From Parcubacteria group bacterium GW2011_GWA2_42_14 (lineage in GTDB: Bacteria; Patescibacteriota; Minisyncoccia; Sungbacterales; GWA2-42-14), in the NCBI GenBank assembly GCA_000998135.1, contig LCCV01000002.1, forward strand, positions 29,421-93,420: a stretch of 64,000 nucleotides of DNA, in the 5' to 3' direction. Position numbers and translations under genes: made by a program. Positions 18,414 through 28,378 of this stretch are shown in pieces. Every line of letters starts with the position of its first letter. Positions within the stretch are counted from its first letter, which is position 1. A model generated the notes under the pieces. The model was not told where the DNA came from and ran no database searches. It saw nothing but the letters and a program-made list of their open reading frames with translations.

Positions 18414-19109
18414 TCAACTAAATAGGTTGAATCGGATTATATGCCAAATTGCCGCTACTCCGTCTTTCCAATTTATTTTTTTTCCTTCTTCATAAGTTCT
18501 TCCGGAATAAGAAATGCCTACTTCGTAAACCCGCCATTTCTTTTTGGCGACTCGCGCGGTTAATTCAACCTCGATTCCGAATCTGTCAGACTGCAATTTG
18601 GGCAAAATTGAATCAATAACTTCTTTCCGGAACGCCTTATATCCGGTTTCAATGTCAGAAAGGTTTAAGTTGGTAAAAATATTGGAAAGAAAAGTTATAA
18701 AAATATTAGCGATATAATGATGAAAGAGAAGTACACGCCTCGGCTGATTGGTAACAAAGCGCGAACCATATACCGCATCCGCCTTGCCGTCTAAAATCGG
18801 TTTAAGCAGGATCGGGTAATCTTTAGGGTCGTATTCCAAATCGGCATCCTGAATTAAAACAATATCTCCGCCTGCCTTTTTAAAACCTGTTTTTAAAGCC
18901 GCTCCCTTTCCCTTGTTCCTCCAATGTTTTTCAACAATAATTCCGATTTCACTTTCAAGCACTTCTTTGGTTGAATCGGTTGAAGCGTCGTCCACAACAA
19001 TAATTTCCTTATCCAAACCCAAAGAATCGGCGGTTTTTACACGTTTAATAATTTCGGAAATAGTTGATGATTCGTTATAGACGGGGATAATTATAGAAAG
19101 TTTATTCAT
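18414..19109 (-). CDS. GT2 glycosyltransferase (DPM-synthase-like)
   Basis: [33 protein letters not shown]. Confidence 0.92.
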   Translation of the reverse strand: MNKLSIIIPVYNESSTISEIIKRVKTADSLGLDKEIIVVDDASTDSTKEVLESEIGIIVEKHWRNKGKGAALKTGFKKAGGDIVLIQDADLEYDPKDYPILLKPILDGKADAVYGSRFVTNQPRRVLLFHHYIANIFITFLSNIFTNLNLSDIETGYKAFRKEVIDSILPKLQSDRFGIEVELTARVAKKKWRVYEVGISYSGRTYEEGKKINWKDGVAAIWHIIRFNLFS

Positions 19110-19112
19110 ATC

Positions 19113-19176
19113 CCCTACGAATTACGAATGTATTCGAATTACGAATTCGTAATTCGGTTTTATTCGTAATTCGTAG
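19113..19176. repeat. TACGAAT heptamer inverted repeat array
   Basis: CCTACGAATTACGAAT...ATTCGTAATTCGTAGG. Confidence 0.8.
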
Positions 19177-19178
19177 GA

Positions 19179-19850
19179 TTATTTTTTAAATATAAACACC
19201 GTAATCACCCCTAATCTATTCAGAAACGGAATTTTTTCCATTACAGCATTAAAAATATTAGAAAAAACAGGAATATACTTGGGGAACGGCAAATGGTATG
19301 ACATTTGCCTTAAAGATAATCCTGAATCTCGGCAAATCTCAATTAGTTCCTTAATAGAAATCCTTTCGTGCGGGCCTTCGGGCATTTTTAATTTCAATTT
19401 TTCGGCTAAATCCAGAATCGGCTCCCATAAAGGATTGGCCATGGATACAATAACTTTTGTACTGTCGGAAGCAAGTTTTGCGATATTTCGCACACTCATT
19501 CTAACATCATCCAGATGCTCAATTACATCTGCCAAAATTATATAATCAAATTTTTCTTCGGTTCGAAAATCAGCCGCCGTTGATTGAAAAAACGTTAAAT
19601 TTTTAAAATTGGCATATTTTTCTTGCGCCCTTTTTATCATTTCTCCGCTTACATCAACGCCAATCCCCAATGACGGCCTAAGTTCGGCTAAAATTTCTCC
19701 GGTACCACAGCCAATTTCCAAAACCCTTGAACCAGCCGGAATAGAACTTTTATAAATTTTTTTGACGGCATCATAATAATACCAATTCTTCCTTTTCCAA
19801 TAGTCGTAAGAAGGGGCTATTTCGTCAAAATGTTTTTGTACTTCGTCCAT
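19179..19850 (-). CDS. Class I SAM methyltransferase, paralog of the N-terminal domain of 20040-21446
   Basis: DYWKRKNWYY, VLEIGCGTG, FDYIIL; start ATG 19850. Confidence 0.88.
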   Translation of the reverse strand: MDEVQKHFDEIAPSYDYWKRKNWYYYDAVKKIYKSSIPAGSRVLEIGCGTGEILAELRPSLGIGVDVSGEMIKRAQEKYANFKNLTFFQSTAADFRTEEKFDYIILADVIEHLDDVRMSVRNIAKLASDSTKVIVSMANPLWEPILDLAEKLKLKMPEGPHERISIKELIEICRDSGLSLRQMSYHLPFPKYIPVFSNIFNAVMEKIPFLNRLGVITVFIFKK

Positions 19851-19923
19851 GCCAATTTTCTCAGCGAGGCAAGCAAGATTGCTTGCCACAGCCGAGATGT
19901 TAGAAAATTGAGCAGTTTTGTTG

Positions 19924-20029
19924 CTAAAATTGACAATTTTCAATTGTCATCCTGAACGAAGTGAAGGATCTATATATCTTTTGAGATTCTTCGCCTAGCT
20001 CAGAATGACAGCACGGCTGTCAATTTTAG
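19924..20029. mobile_element. Intergenic TGTCATCCTG...CAGAATGACA element (19945-20010) inside outer CTAAAATTGACA/TGTCAATTTTAG inverted repeats
   Basis: Two concentric inverted-repeat pairs. Confidence 0.85.
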
Positions 20030-20039
20030 ACAAAGCCCT

Positions 20040-21446
20040 TTATATAAATTTAATCTTCCTCATGGCAAAAACGACCATCTCGAGCAAAAGCCAGCCGTGC
20101 TTCCAGCGCTGAATATTGGTCTTGCCGTAAGTTCGTGCATGATACCGAACCGGCAATTCCACTATTTTTAAATTCAATTTAGCCGCTCCGAAAAGCAAAT
20201 CAAAATCGCCAAAAGGGTCAAAATCACCAAAATATGAACGCCCGGCGGCTATTTTTTCGTAATCTTTTTTAAATAAAACTTTTGTTCCGCAAAGCGTATC
20301 TTTAATGCGCTGGCCTAAAAGCCAAGAAAACATAATGCTAAAAAACTTATTTCCCAATATATTAAGAAATCTCATGGCTTGTTTTTCCATAGGATAAACC
20401 AGACGGGAACCATTTATAAACTCTCCTCTTCCCGAACGCATCGCCTCATAAAACTTAGGCAAATCTTCGGGAGCAACCGTAAGGTCGGCATCCAGTATCA
20501 TTAGTATATCGCCCTTAGCCACGGAAAAACCCTTTCTTACGGCATCTCCCTTGCTCCTCCCTTCCTGCGCCAACCAGCGAATATTTCTTTTGCCAGCATA
20601 CTTTTCTGAAACTTTTTTAATCTCGTCCAGTGTGCCGTCGCTTGAATGGCCCTCAACAAAAATTATCTCATTATAAAAGCCGAAGTGGGGCAGGCGCAAA
20701 ATTACCTGTTCTATATTACCTTTTTCATTTCTTGCCGGAATTATTATAGAAATAGAATATTCACGAGACTCGCTTGGAATTGGACGGGCAACAAAATATT
20801 GGACCAGGCATAAACGATTTAGCAAAGGAAAATTAGCGATAAAACGATTTATAAACGCAGAAATTAAAGGAATATAAATAGGAAAAATAATTTTTTTTCC
20901 GCGCTTTATAATTTCAAAACCTGCTAAATAGAGCAAATTTTCAATATCTTTCTCCGACAACCAGTGCTGAAGGGGTTGACGGAATTTCAAACCGAGAACT
21001 TCCGCCAATCTTAATATCGGCTCCCATAAATAATTAAAATAAGTGATTACCACGCGCGTTTGATCATGACTTATATTTTTCAAATTATAAAAGACCTTTT
21101 CAACATCAAAAAAATACCCAAGAACATCCGAAAGAATTATATAGTCAAATCTTTCGCCCAACCTCATTTCTTCGGCATCCATCAATACCCATTCATGTTG
21201 CGGATATTTTTTTTGGGCCAACTCCACCATTTTTGGACTTATGTCAATTCCAACACCGCGCTTAGGATTTACATGCATAAGCAAATCGCCCATTCCAGAA
21301 CCTATTTCAAGCACTGTTTCTCCCGCGGGCACCAAAAAACCAACGAGTTTCTCAATGGTTTTATGATAATACCAGTTTCGCTTTTTCCAATAATCACGGC
21401 TTTCTGCCTGCTTGTTTAGATATGCAATTAATTGTTCTTTATTCAA
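20040..21446 (-). CDS. Methyltransferase-GT2 fusion
   Basis: VLEIGSGMG; IIIPARNEKG, LDADLTV, DTLCGTK, DPFGDFDL. Confidence 0.9.
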   Translation of the reverse strand: MNKEQLIAYLNKQAESRDYWKKRNWYYHKTIEKLVGFLVPAGETVLEIGSGMGDLLMHVNPKRGVGIDISPKMVELAQKKYPQHEWVLMDAEEMRLGERFDYIILSDVLGYFFDVEKVFYNLKNISHDQTRVVITYFNYLWEPILRLAEVLGLKFRQPLQHWLSEKDIENLLYLAGFEIIKRGKKIIFPIYIPLISAFINRFIANFPLLNRLCLVQYFVARPIPSESREYSISIIIPARNEKGNIEQVILRLPHFGFYNEIIFVEGHSSDGTLDEIKKVSEKYAGKRNIRWLAQEGRSKGDAVRKGFSVAKGDILMILDADLTVAPEDLPKFYEAMRSGRGEFINGSRLVYPMEKQAMRFLNILGNKFFSIMFSWLLGQRIKDTLCGTKVLFKKDYEKIAAGRSYFGDFDPFGDFDLLFGAAKLNLKIVELPVRYHARTYGKTNIQRWKHGWLLLEMVVFAMRKIKFI

Positions 21447-21524
21447 AATAAGATTTAAGATAAGATTTAATACTTATGATTTAAGATTTAAGAATATTTT
21501 TAAAATTTTAAAACATAAAAACTT

Positions 21525-22481
<957 letters not shown>

Positions 22482-22594
22482 TTAATAAATCCTTAATCCA
22501 ATTCCAAAAAACCCCAAATTCAAAATCCCAAATTCCAAATATCAAAATTCAAATAATAAATACAAAATATATTACTGTTTGAATTTTGAAATTT

Positions 22595-22624
22595 TCCGCC
22601 GAAGGCGGATCCGCCTCTGGCGGA
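22595..22624. mobile_element. 30-bp TCCGCCGAAGGCGGATCCGCCTCTGGCGGA palindrome inserted in an AT-heptamer element
   Basis: Removing it restores the reverse complement of 18290-18330. Confidence 0.85.
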
Positions 22625-22662
22625 GAATTTATTTGGGATTTGGTGCTTTGGATTTTGAATTT

Positions 22663-23652
22663 TCAAACCAATCCCTTCAATCCGTTTTTCTTCATATCAC
22701 TATCCAGCATTTTTTTCACAAGCTCTTTAAATCTTACCTTCGGCTCCCAACCAAGTTCTTTTTTGGCTTTAGAATAATCGCCCTGCAATATATCGGCCTC
22801 GGTGGGTCGATAATGCTTTTCGTCAATCTCCACATATTTTTTCCAATCAAGGCCGGCAAGCCCGAATGCTTCTTCAACAAATTCTTTTACCGAGTGGGTT
22901 TCCCCCGTAGCCACTACAAAATCATCCGGACGAGAATGCTGCATCATGAGCCACATGGCTTCCACATAATCGGGGGCATAGCCCCAATCGCGCTTGGCAT
23001 CCATATTCCCCAAAATTAATTTATCTTTTTTCCCGGCAACAATATCCGCCACTCCTCTGGTGATTTTTCTGGTCACAAATGCTTCGCCCCTCCTCTCTGA
23101 TTCATGATTAAAAAGTATGCCGTTCACAATAAACATATTATAGGCCTCGCGGTAATTTTTAGAAATCCAGTAACCAAAAACCTTAGAAACGGCATAAGGA
23201 GAACGGGGATAAAACGGCGTTGTTTCTTTTTGGGGCACTTCCTGGGCCTTGCCGAACATTTCTGAAGAAGAAGCATTATAAAATTTAATAGAGTCCATCC
23301 CGGCATCTCTGATTGCCTCAAGTAATCGCAAAACCCCCAAACCGGTAACATTGGCCGTAAATTCCGGCGTATCAAAACTTAACCGCACATGGCTTTGCGC
23401 CCCCAAATGATACAATTCATCCGGCTTGACTCTCCGTATCAAATAATTTACGGAGCTTGCATCAGTCAAGTCCCCGTAATGCAGGAAAAAACGCTCATAT
23501 TTAGGATGCTTTTGCATATGGTCAATTCTTTCGGTATTGGTGGAACTGGAACGGCGTATAAGCCCATGAACTTCATAATCCTTGGAAAGCAAAAACTCGG
23601 CCAAATATGAGCCGTCTTGTCCGGTTATGCCTGTAATTAAGGCCTTCTTCAT
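22663..23652 (-). CDS. gmd: GDP-mannose 4,6-dehydratase
   Basis: [44 protein letters not shown]. Confidence 0.97.
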   Translation of the reverse strand: MKKALITGITGQDGSYLAEFLLSKDYEVHGLIRRSSSTNTERIDHMQKHPKYERFFLHYGDLTDASSVNYLIRRVKPDELYHLGAQSHVRLSFDTPEFTANVTGLGVLRLLEAIRDAGMDSIKFYNASSSEMFGKAQEVPQKETTPFYPRSPYAVSKVFGYWISKNYREAYNMFIVNGILFNHESERRGEAFVTRKITRGVADIVAGKKDKLILGNMDAKRDWGYAPDYVEAMWLMMQHSRPDDFVVATGETHSVKEFVEEAFGLAGLDWKKYVEIDEKHYRPTEADILQGDYSKAKKELGWEPKVRFKELVKKMLDSDMKKNGLKGLV

Positions 23653-23714
23653 AATTAACTATTTTACCATTTTAATTTAAAAAATCAATATCTTAAAGTA
23701 CGACTTCCAAAATA

Positions 23715-24869
23715 CTATGGAAGTCGGACTTCCGTAGTTATAGACGATATTATTTTTTTTGCCCTCTTTTCCCAAGTATAATTTTCAACATCACGTTTTG
23801 CTTCTTCAACTAATAATTTGGCAGTGCTCGGATTTTCAAAAATATACGCAATTCCGTCAGCCAGCGCTCTTTCATCATCCGGTTGAACGAGCCATGAGTT
23901 TTTTTTATGAACTAACACCTCTTGAATGGCGCTCGTTCCCGAAGCCACTATCGGCCTGCCTGATGCCATATACTCAAAAAGCTTCAGGGGAGAGGTAAAA
24001 TAATTGGAATGCTCGTCTTTAGCGGTCCCGGTAATAACAAGACAATCAGCCGCTTTAAGATAAAACGGAATCTCCGAATATTTTTTCTGGCCGATTAATA
24101 TTATGTTTTCAGGAAGTTTCTCTTTAAGAAGCGTGGAATCTTCGGGGGTGCCGCCGCCAACCAGCAAAACTGTTATATCTTTTGGCAAAAGGGCGGCCGC
24201 TTTAATTAATGTATCAATCCCCTTCCAGCTGTAAAAATGCCCCGTATATACCACATAACGTCCTTTAACAGCCAAACCGAGTTTACGGCGAGCATCTTCT
24301 TTGGTTATCGAAAGAGCAAAATCCTCAATGGAAACTCCATCCGGAGCCCAAACAACTTTGTCTTTCATGCCTTTTATGGACTGATATATTTCTTTAGCCG
24401 AGCGGTTGATGGCTACGGCCAATTTCAGCCGCGGAAAAAATCTCTGATATTTCTTTTCAGCAAGAAAATGAAACTCGCTAATCAGTTTTTTCTTACAGAA
24501 AATGAAAAACCAAAAAAGTATGGAGTCATGGCGAAAATATAAAAAATCATGACTATGGGTCATACTATGAAACGCCGCGGACAATGAAAAAGTAACGCTA
24601 ATCAGCCAATAAGGAATAGGGCCTAAAAAATAAAGGTAAGGAATTAAATCCAAACAAGCAAGTTTTTTAAGCTTAAAAACCCTTTCAACTTTATAATAAT
24701 CAAAAGGGTCCTCATTCATTGCTTCTGTTTTTCGCCGCGGAATAACAAGTTCAAGTTCCACGCCGTTTTTGGCCATGGCCTCGCAGGTTTTCATAATCTG
24801 CAAACCGTTGGCCCTGTCGGTGGGTATTCTTTCGTTAGCTATATATAATAATTTTATTTTTTCGCGCAT
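23715..24869 (-). CDS. GT4 glycosyltransferase
   Basis: GHFYSWKG, SPLKLFEYMASG; last codons lie in a GGAAGTCGGACTTCC palindrome. Confidence 0.9.
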   Translation of the reverse strand: MREKIKLLYIANERIPTDRANGLQIMKTCEAMAKNGVELELVIPRRKTEAMNEDPFDYYKVERVFKLKKLACLDLIPYLYFLGPIPYWLISVTFSLSAAFHSMTHSHDFLYFRHDSILFWFFIFCKKKLISEFHFLAEKKYQRFFPRLKLAVAINRSAKEIYQSIKGMKDKVVWAPDGVSIEDFALSITKEDARRKLGLAVKGRYVVYTGHFYSWKGIDTLIKAAALLPKDITVLLVGGGTPEDSTLLKEKLPENIILIGQKKYSEIPFYLKAADCLVITGTAKDEHSNYFTSPLKLFEYMASGRPIVASGTSAIQEVLVHKKNSWLVQPDDERALADGIAYIFENPSTAKLLVEEAKRDVENYTWEKRAKKIISSITTEVRLP

Positions 24870-26146
24870 GATTCAAAACCGGCTTTCATTTTTAATAAAT
24901 ATTCTTCCTTGGACGGCATTGAAAAAAAACTGGCAAAATCATTCACATTTTGTTTCATGTTATTATACAAATCATCTTCCGAAAATACTTTGATAAGTTC
25001 CGACGCCAAATTTTTAGGACTTATACCGACCGGTAAAATTTTGCCGGTTTTACCGTCCTTAATTACCTCGCTTGCAATACCGACATCCGTAGAAAAAACA
25101 GGAAGACCGCTGGCCAAAGCTTCAATAATTGTCCTGCCGTATCCTTCATAATTTGAGGTTAACAAAAAAAGGTCTGCGGTTTTGTAATACGAAACAAGCA
25201 TTTCGTAAGAAACTGCGTCCTCAAAAATAATATTCGAATATTTGGAAGACTGTCCGAGAACGTCATTGCGAGGGAGCGAAGCGACCGAAGCAATCTCTAA
25301 ATAAGCCGTTTTTGGATTGCTTCCCGCCACGCTCCCCTCGGTCGCTCGCGGTCGCAATGACGGAAACGACGGTTTTCGTACGTTCTGCCCCAAATTTTCG
25401 TATTTTTCTTTAAGTGTTTTTTTTAACGGCCCTTCGCCAACAATTACCAGCAAAGATTTGGAATGAACCTTTACCACTTCACCAAAAGCAAGGCACGCGG
25501 TTTCTATGTTTTTCTCCCTCGTAAGACGCGAGGCCATAAGAACAATAAAATCATGTTCAGGATATTTTTTATGAAGGTTGTATGTTACCGGCGTTTTTTT
25601 TATTTTTTCCGCGTCAATGAAAATCGGCAAAACCGAAATTTTTGAATCATAAATCTTAAGAATTGAAACAATCGAACTTTTTATTCGTTCCGAAACAACG
25701 CGAACGCAATCGGCTTTTTTTATTGTTCGGGGATAAAGCAAATAACGGATATAATTTTTCCATGATTCGCTTTTAAAAAATGGCGACAAAAAATCGGTAT
25801 GAATTTGCGCCTGAAGGGACAGGCCAAATTTCTTTTTCAAAAAAAAGGCGACAATATTGGTAAAAGCGTCTTGAGAAGTAATTAGTGAATTATGAATTAT
25901 GAATGATGAATTACGGATTATACGTTTGGCGATGCGATAGGCATTAAAAAAATAAAACAGTTTAAAAACTGTATTTGTCGGATAAACCCACGCATTTTCC
26001 GAAATTTTTCTCTCTTTAAATCCTGTATCGGTATAAACTATTATATGCAATTCTTCAGCAATACTGCCGTATTCTTTCATCCTTTCCTGCGCCTCGCTCC
26101 CGTCCCGTAAAATAGATTTATCAATGCTTAACATTATTATTTTCAT
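24854..26146 (-). CDS. GT4 glycosyltransferase with an in-frame RPE-like insert
   Basis: SRLTREKN, SNYEGYGRTIIEALASG. Confidence 0.9.
   Translation of the reverse strand: MKIIMLSIDKSILRDGSEAQERMKEYGSIAEELHIIVYTDTGFKERKISENAWVYPTNTVFKLFYFFNAYRIAKRIIRNSSFIIHNSLITSQDAFTNIVAFFLKKKFGLSLQAQIHTDFLSPFFKSESWKNYIRYLLYPRTIKKADCVRVVSERIKSSIVSILKIYDSKISVLPIFIDAEKIKKTPVTYNLHKKYPEHDFIVLMASRLTREKNIETACLAFGEVVKVHSKSLLVIVGEGPLKKTLKEKYENLGQNVRKPSFPSLRPRATEGSVAGSNPKTAYLEIASVASLPRNDVLGQSSKYSNIIFEDAVSYEMLVSYYKTADLFLLTSNYEGYGRTIIEALASGLPVFSTDVGIASEVIKDGKTGKILPVGISPKNLASELIKVFSEDDLYNNMKQNVNDFASFFSMPSKEEYLLKMKAGFESCAKK
25261..25362. mobile_element. 102-bp CGTCATTGCGA...TCGCAATGACG palindromic element in frame
   Basis: 11-bp perfect terminal inverted repeats, inner GAAGCAATC/GATTGCTTC arms; half copy at 44168-44202. 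Confidence 0.9.
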
Positions 26147-26176
26147 AATATCTCTTGTAAATTTTACTTAAACAAA

Positions 26177-27610
26177 TCAAGACCGTTGACCGGACGAATA
26201 TGCTTGCGCTACCCCCTTCTCAAGGTATTCAACCGCAAATTCCGCCTTATCGCCGACGAACTTAACCTTAATTTCTTTTAAATTTGTTTTCACGTCCGGA
26301 CCAATAACGCGCGCGTTTAATATTTTCGATAGCTTTTGGCCCATACCCTCTCTAAACCCCGTTTCGCATGAATTTAGAATGATAGTCGGATTTTTTTCAA
26401 AATACCTGCTCTTGTTTTTTGCGCGCTTGTCAATCAAATCGGATATTTTCAGACGATGCTTCGCTTCCGAACCGCCAAATTGGATACAATCCGGAGCGCC
26501 ATGTCCGCCGATAATAGCAAATTGAATCTTATGGCTTTTGCCGTATTTCCTGTCAAGCCGATGCAGCATTTTTACAATATCAATCTTGCTGTCTCCCTCA
26601 ACAACACGAAGAGCGTATTTCCCCGCTGTCTGCGAAAATAAATTCCCAAAAACATGATTTGTGCCATAAAAAGCTCCATTATGGTCATTCTTCGGATAAA
26701 ATATAACTCCATAGGGCATGGCTGTGTCTTCATATTCGTCATATTGTTTTATGAGCATGCCAGGCGGGTATCTCCCAAAGTCATATATGCCAAACTCTGA
26801 ATTTAAAAACAGCGCGATACCGGGACGTTGTCCTTCCAAATATTCCAAAGAACGCAGATTAAAAGACATGGTAGGCCCCCAAAAACTCTTTTTATCGCTT
26901 ATACTCCACGCGTCTAAAAATTTTTTGCTGTCAAGGCCATACCGGCCAATCTTTTCTTCCATTATGGACTCCGCAAACTTCCGCATGTCGGAATTAAAAC
27001 TCCGCAGACATTCACCGAGAATATGATAATCTTCTTCATTTCTCACGTAATCATGTAAAATCGAAAGAGCTTTTTTAACGTCTTCCGGCGCGCCGTTTTC
27101 AGCCACGGCTTCAATAACGTAAACATACGCGCTGCCGTGTCCCTCCCTCATATTTAAATCAATATCTTGAAAATGGCGGACAAGAAAATCAACGCCCTGT
27201 TTTTTTTGAATAGCAGTGCCGTAATCAATAAGAGAAACAGCTGCATTAAACACTTGATTATTTAGATTCCTCCGCTTGGACTCTATTTTGCCCTCAAGAA
27301 AATCAAGATTTCTGGAAAGCGCGTCTGCGGCCAATTCAGACACTTCAACAGTATTTGGGGCAGGAACCGCGAGTTCTCTTAAAAGATAGAAAGCATCGTC
27401 AAAATAGTCCTTTTCCCTAAGGCCGTCTTCAATGATATCAAGATTTTCTTCAACCGCTTTTGCCAATTCTCCCGCCTCTTCGGCGCTTAATTCTTTAGAA
27501 TTTACGAGCCTGATTATTCTCTTGATTGCCTTATTCCACCGCGCATGGTTAAATTCATCTTTTTTTTCAGAAGTTATGCGCTCTTTTTCGTTATGTGAAT
27601 ACTCGGCCAT
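26177..27610 (-). CDS. Hypothetical protein: helical N-terminus, C-terminal caspase-like (clan CD) His/Cys motifs
   Basis: FAIIGGHG and IILNSCETG. Confidence 0.55.
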   Translation of the reverse strand: MAEYSHNEKERITSEKKDEFNHARWNKAIKRIIRLVNSKELSAEEAGELAKAVEENLDIIEDGLREKDYFDDAFYLLRELAVPAPNTVEVSELAADALSRNLDFLEGKIESKRRNLNNQVFNAAVSLIDYGTAIQKKQGVDFLVRHFQDIDLNMREGHGSAYVYVIEAVAENGAPEDVKKALSILHDYVRNEEDYHILGECLRSFNSDMRKFAESIMEEKIGRYGLDSKKFLDAWSISDKKSFWGPTMSFNLRSLEYLEGQRPGIALFLNSEFGIYDFGRYPPGMLIKQYDEYEDTAMPYGVIFYPKNDHNGAFYGTNHVFGNLFSQTAGKYALRVVEGDSKIDIVKMLHRLDRKYGKSHKIQFAIIGGHGAPDCIQFGGSEAKHRLKISDLIDKRAKNKSRYFEKNPTIILNSCETGFREGMGQKLSKILNARVIGPDVKTNLKEIKVKFVGDKAEFAVEYLEKGVAQAYSSGQRS

Positions 27611-27619
27611 TGCTTTATT

Positions 27620-28351
27620 CTACGACGAAAAAAACTTAATTGCCTTCTCAAGCCGTTCAAATGTCCCGCAATCAAAAAATCGGCCATCGTGTTTATAGCC
27701 CAAAAGCAGTTTCGCTTGAGCTAATTTGGGAAATAAATCTTTCTCAATCATTAAAAATTTTGAATTTCCGGACGTAGCAACGCGGGAAAAGGATTCGGGA
27801 GAAATCAGATAAAGCCCGCCGGATATGAAAGAAGACGGCGGATTTTCCGGCTTTTCCAAAAATTCCGTTATTCTTTCATTTTGCATAATGGCAACGCCAT
27901 AATCCGAAGGATTGTCAACCTTCATCAGGGCGAGTGTGGCCAAACCGGAATTTTCAACATGAAAATCATGCATTCCCGCGAGGTCAACCTCTTTTAATTC
28001 ATCGGCATTGCTCATAAAAAACGGCTCATTCCCTATCCAGTCGCGAAGATGATGATAAACGTAGCCCAAAGTGCCCATGGGTTCTTTTTCCACTTCAAAA
28101 GTAATGGAGCGCAAATCAAATCTGGTTTCATACCTTTTTCTCCACCAAAAAAAATCCTCTTTATCTGCCTCTTTAATGATTATTTTTACCTCCCGAATGC
28201 CGTATTTTTTAAAAATATCCAACAAATAATTAATAATCGGCTGTTTTTTCACGGTCAATAACGGCTTGGGAATTTCAAGCGTTATGGGGTGCAGGCGCGT
28301 ACCCTTTCCTCCGGCAAGTATTATTGCTTTTTTGGGCATTGTAGAAGCCAT
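27620..28351 (-). CDS. Sugar-phosphate nucleotidyltransferase (mannose-1-phosphate guanylyltransferase-like)
   Basis: ILAGGKGTRL.P.T...PKPL, YGV, FLEKP. Confidence 0.9.
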   Translation of the reverse strand: MASTMPKKAIILAGGKGTRLHPITLEIPKPLLTVKKQPIINYLLDIFKKYGIREVKIIIKEADKEDFFWWRKRYETRFDLRSITFEVEKEPMGTLGYVYHHLRDWIGNEPFFMSNADELKEVDLAGMHDFHVENSGLATLALMKVDNPSDYGVAIMQNERITEFLEKPENPPSSFISGGLYLISPESFSRVATSGNSKFLMIEKDLFPKLAQAKLLLGYKHDGRFFDCGTFERLEKAIKFFSS

Positions 28352-28378
28352 ATTAAACGCAAACGATTTAACGCAAAA

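Noticed and set aside
22579-23019. + strand ORFs 22579 and 22586, and the many other short antisense ORFs in the track
   Set aside because: Shadows of well-supported opposite-strand genes or repeat translations.
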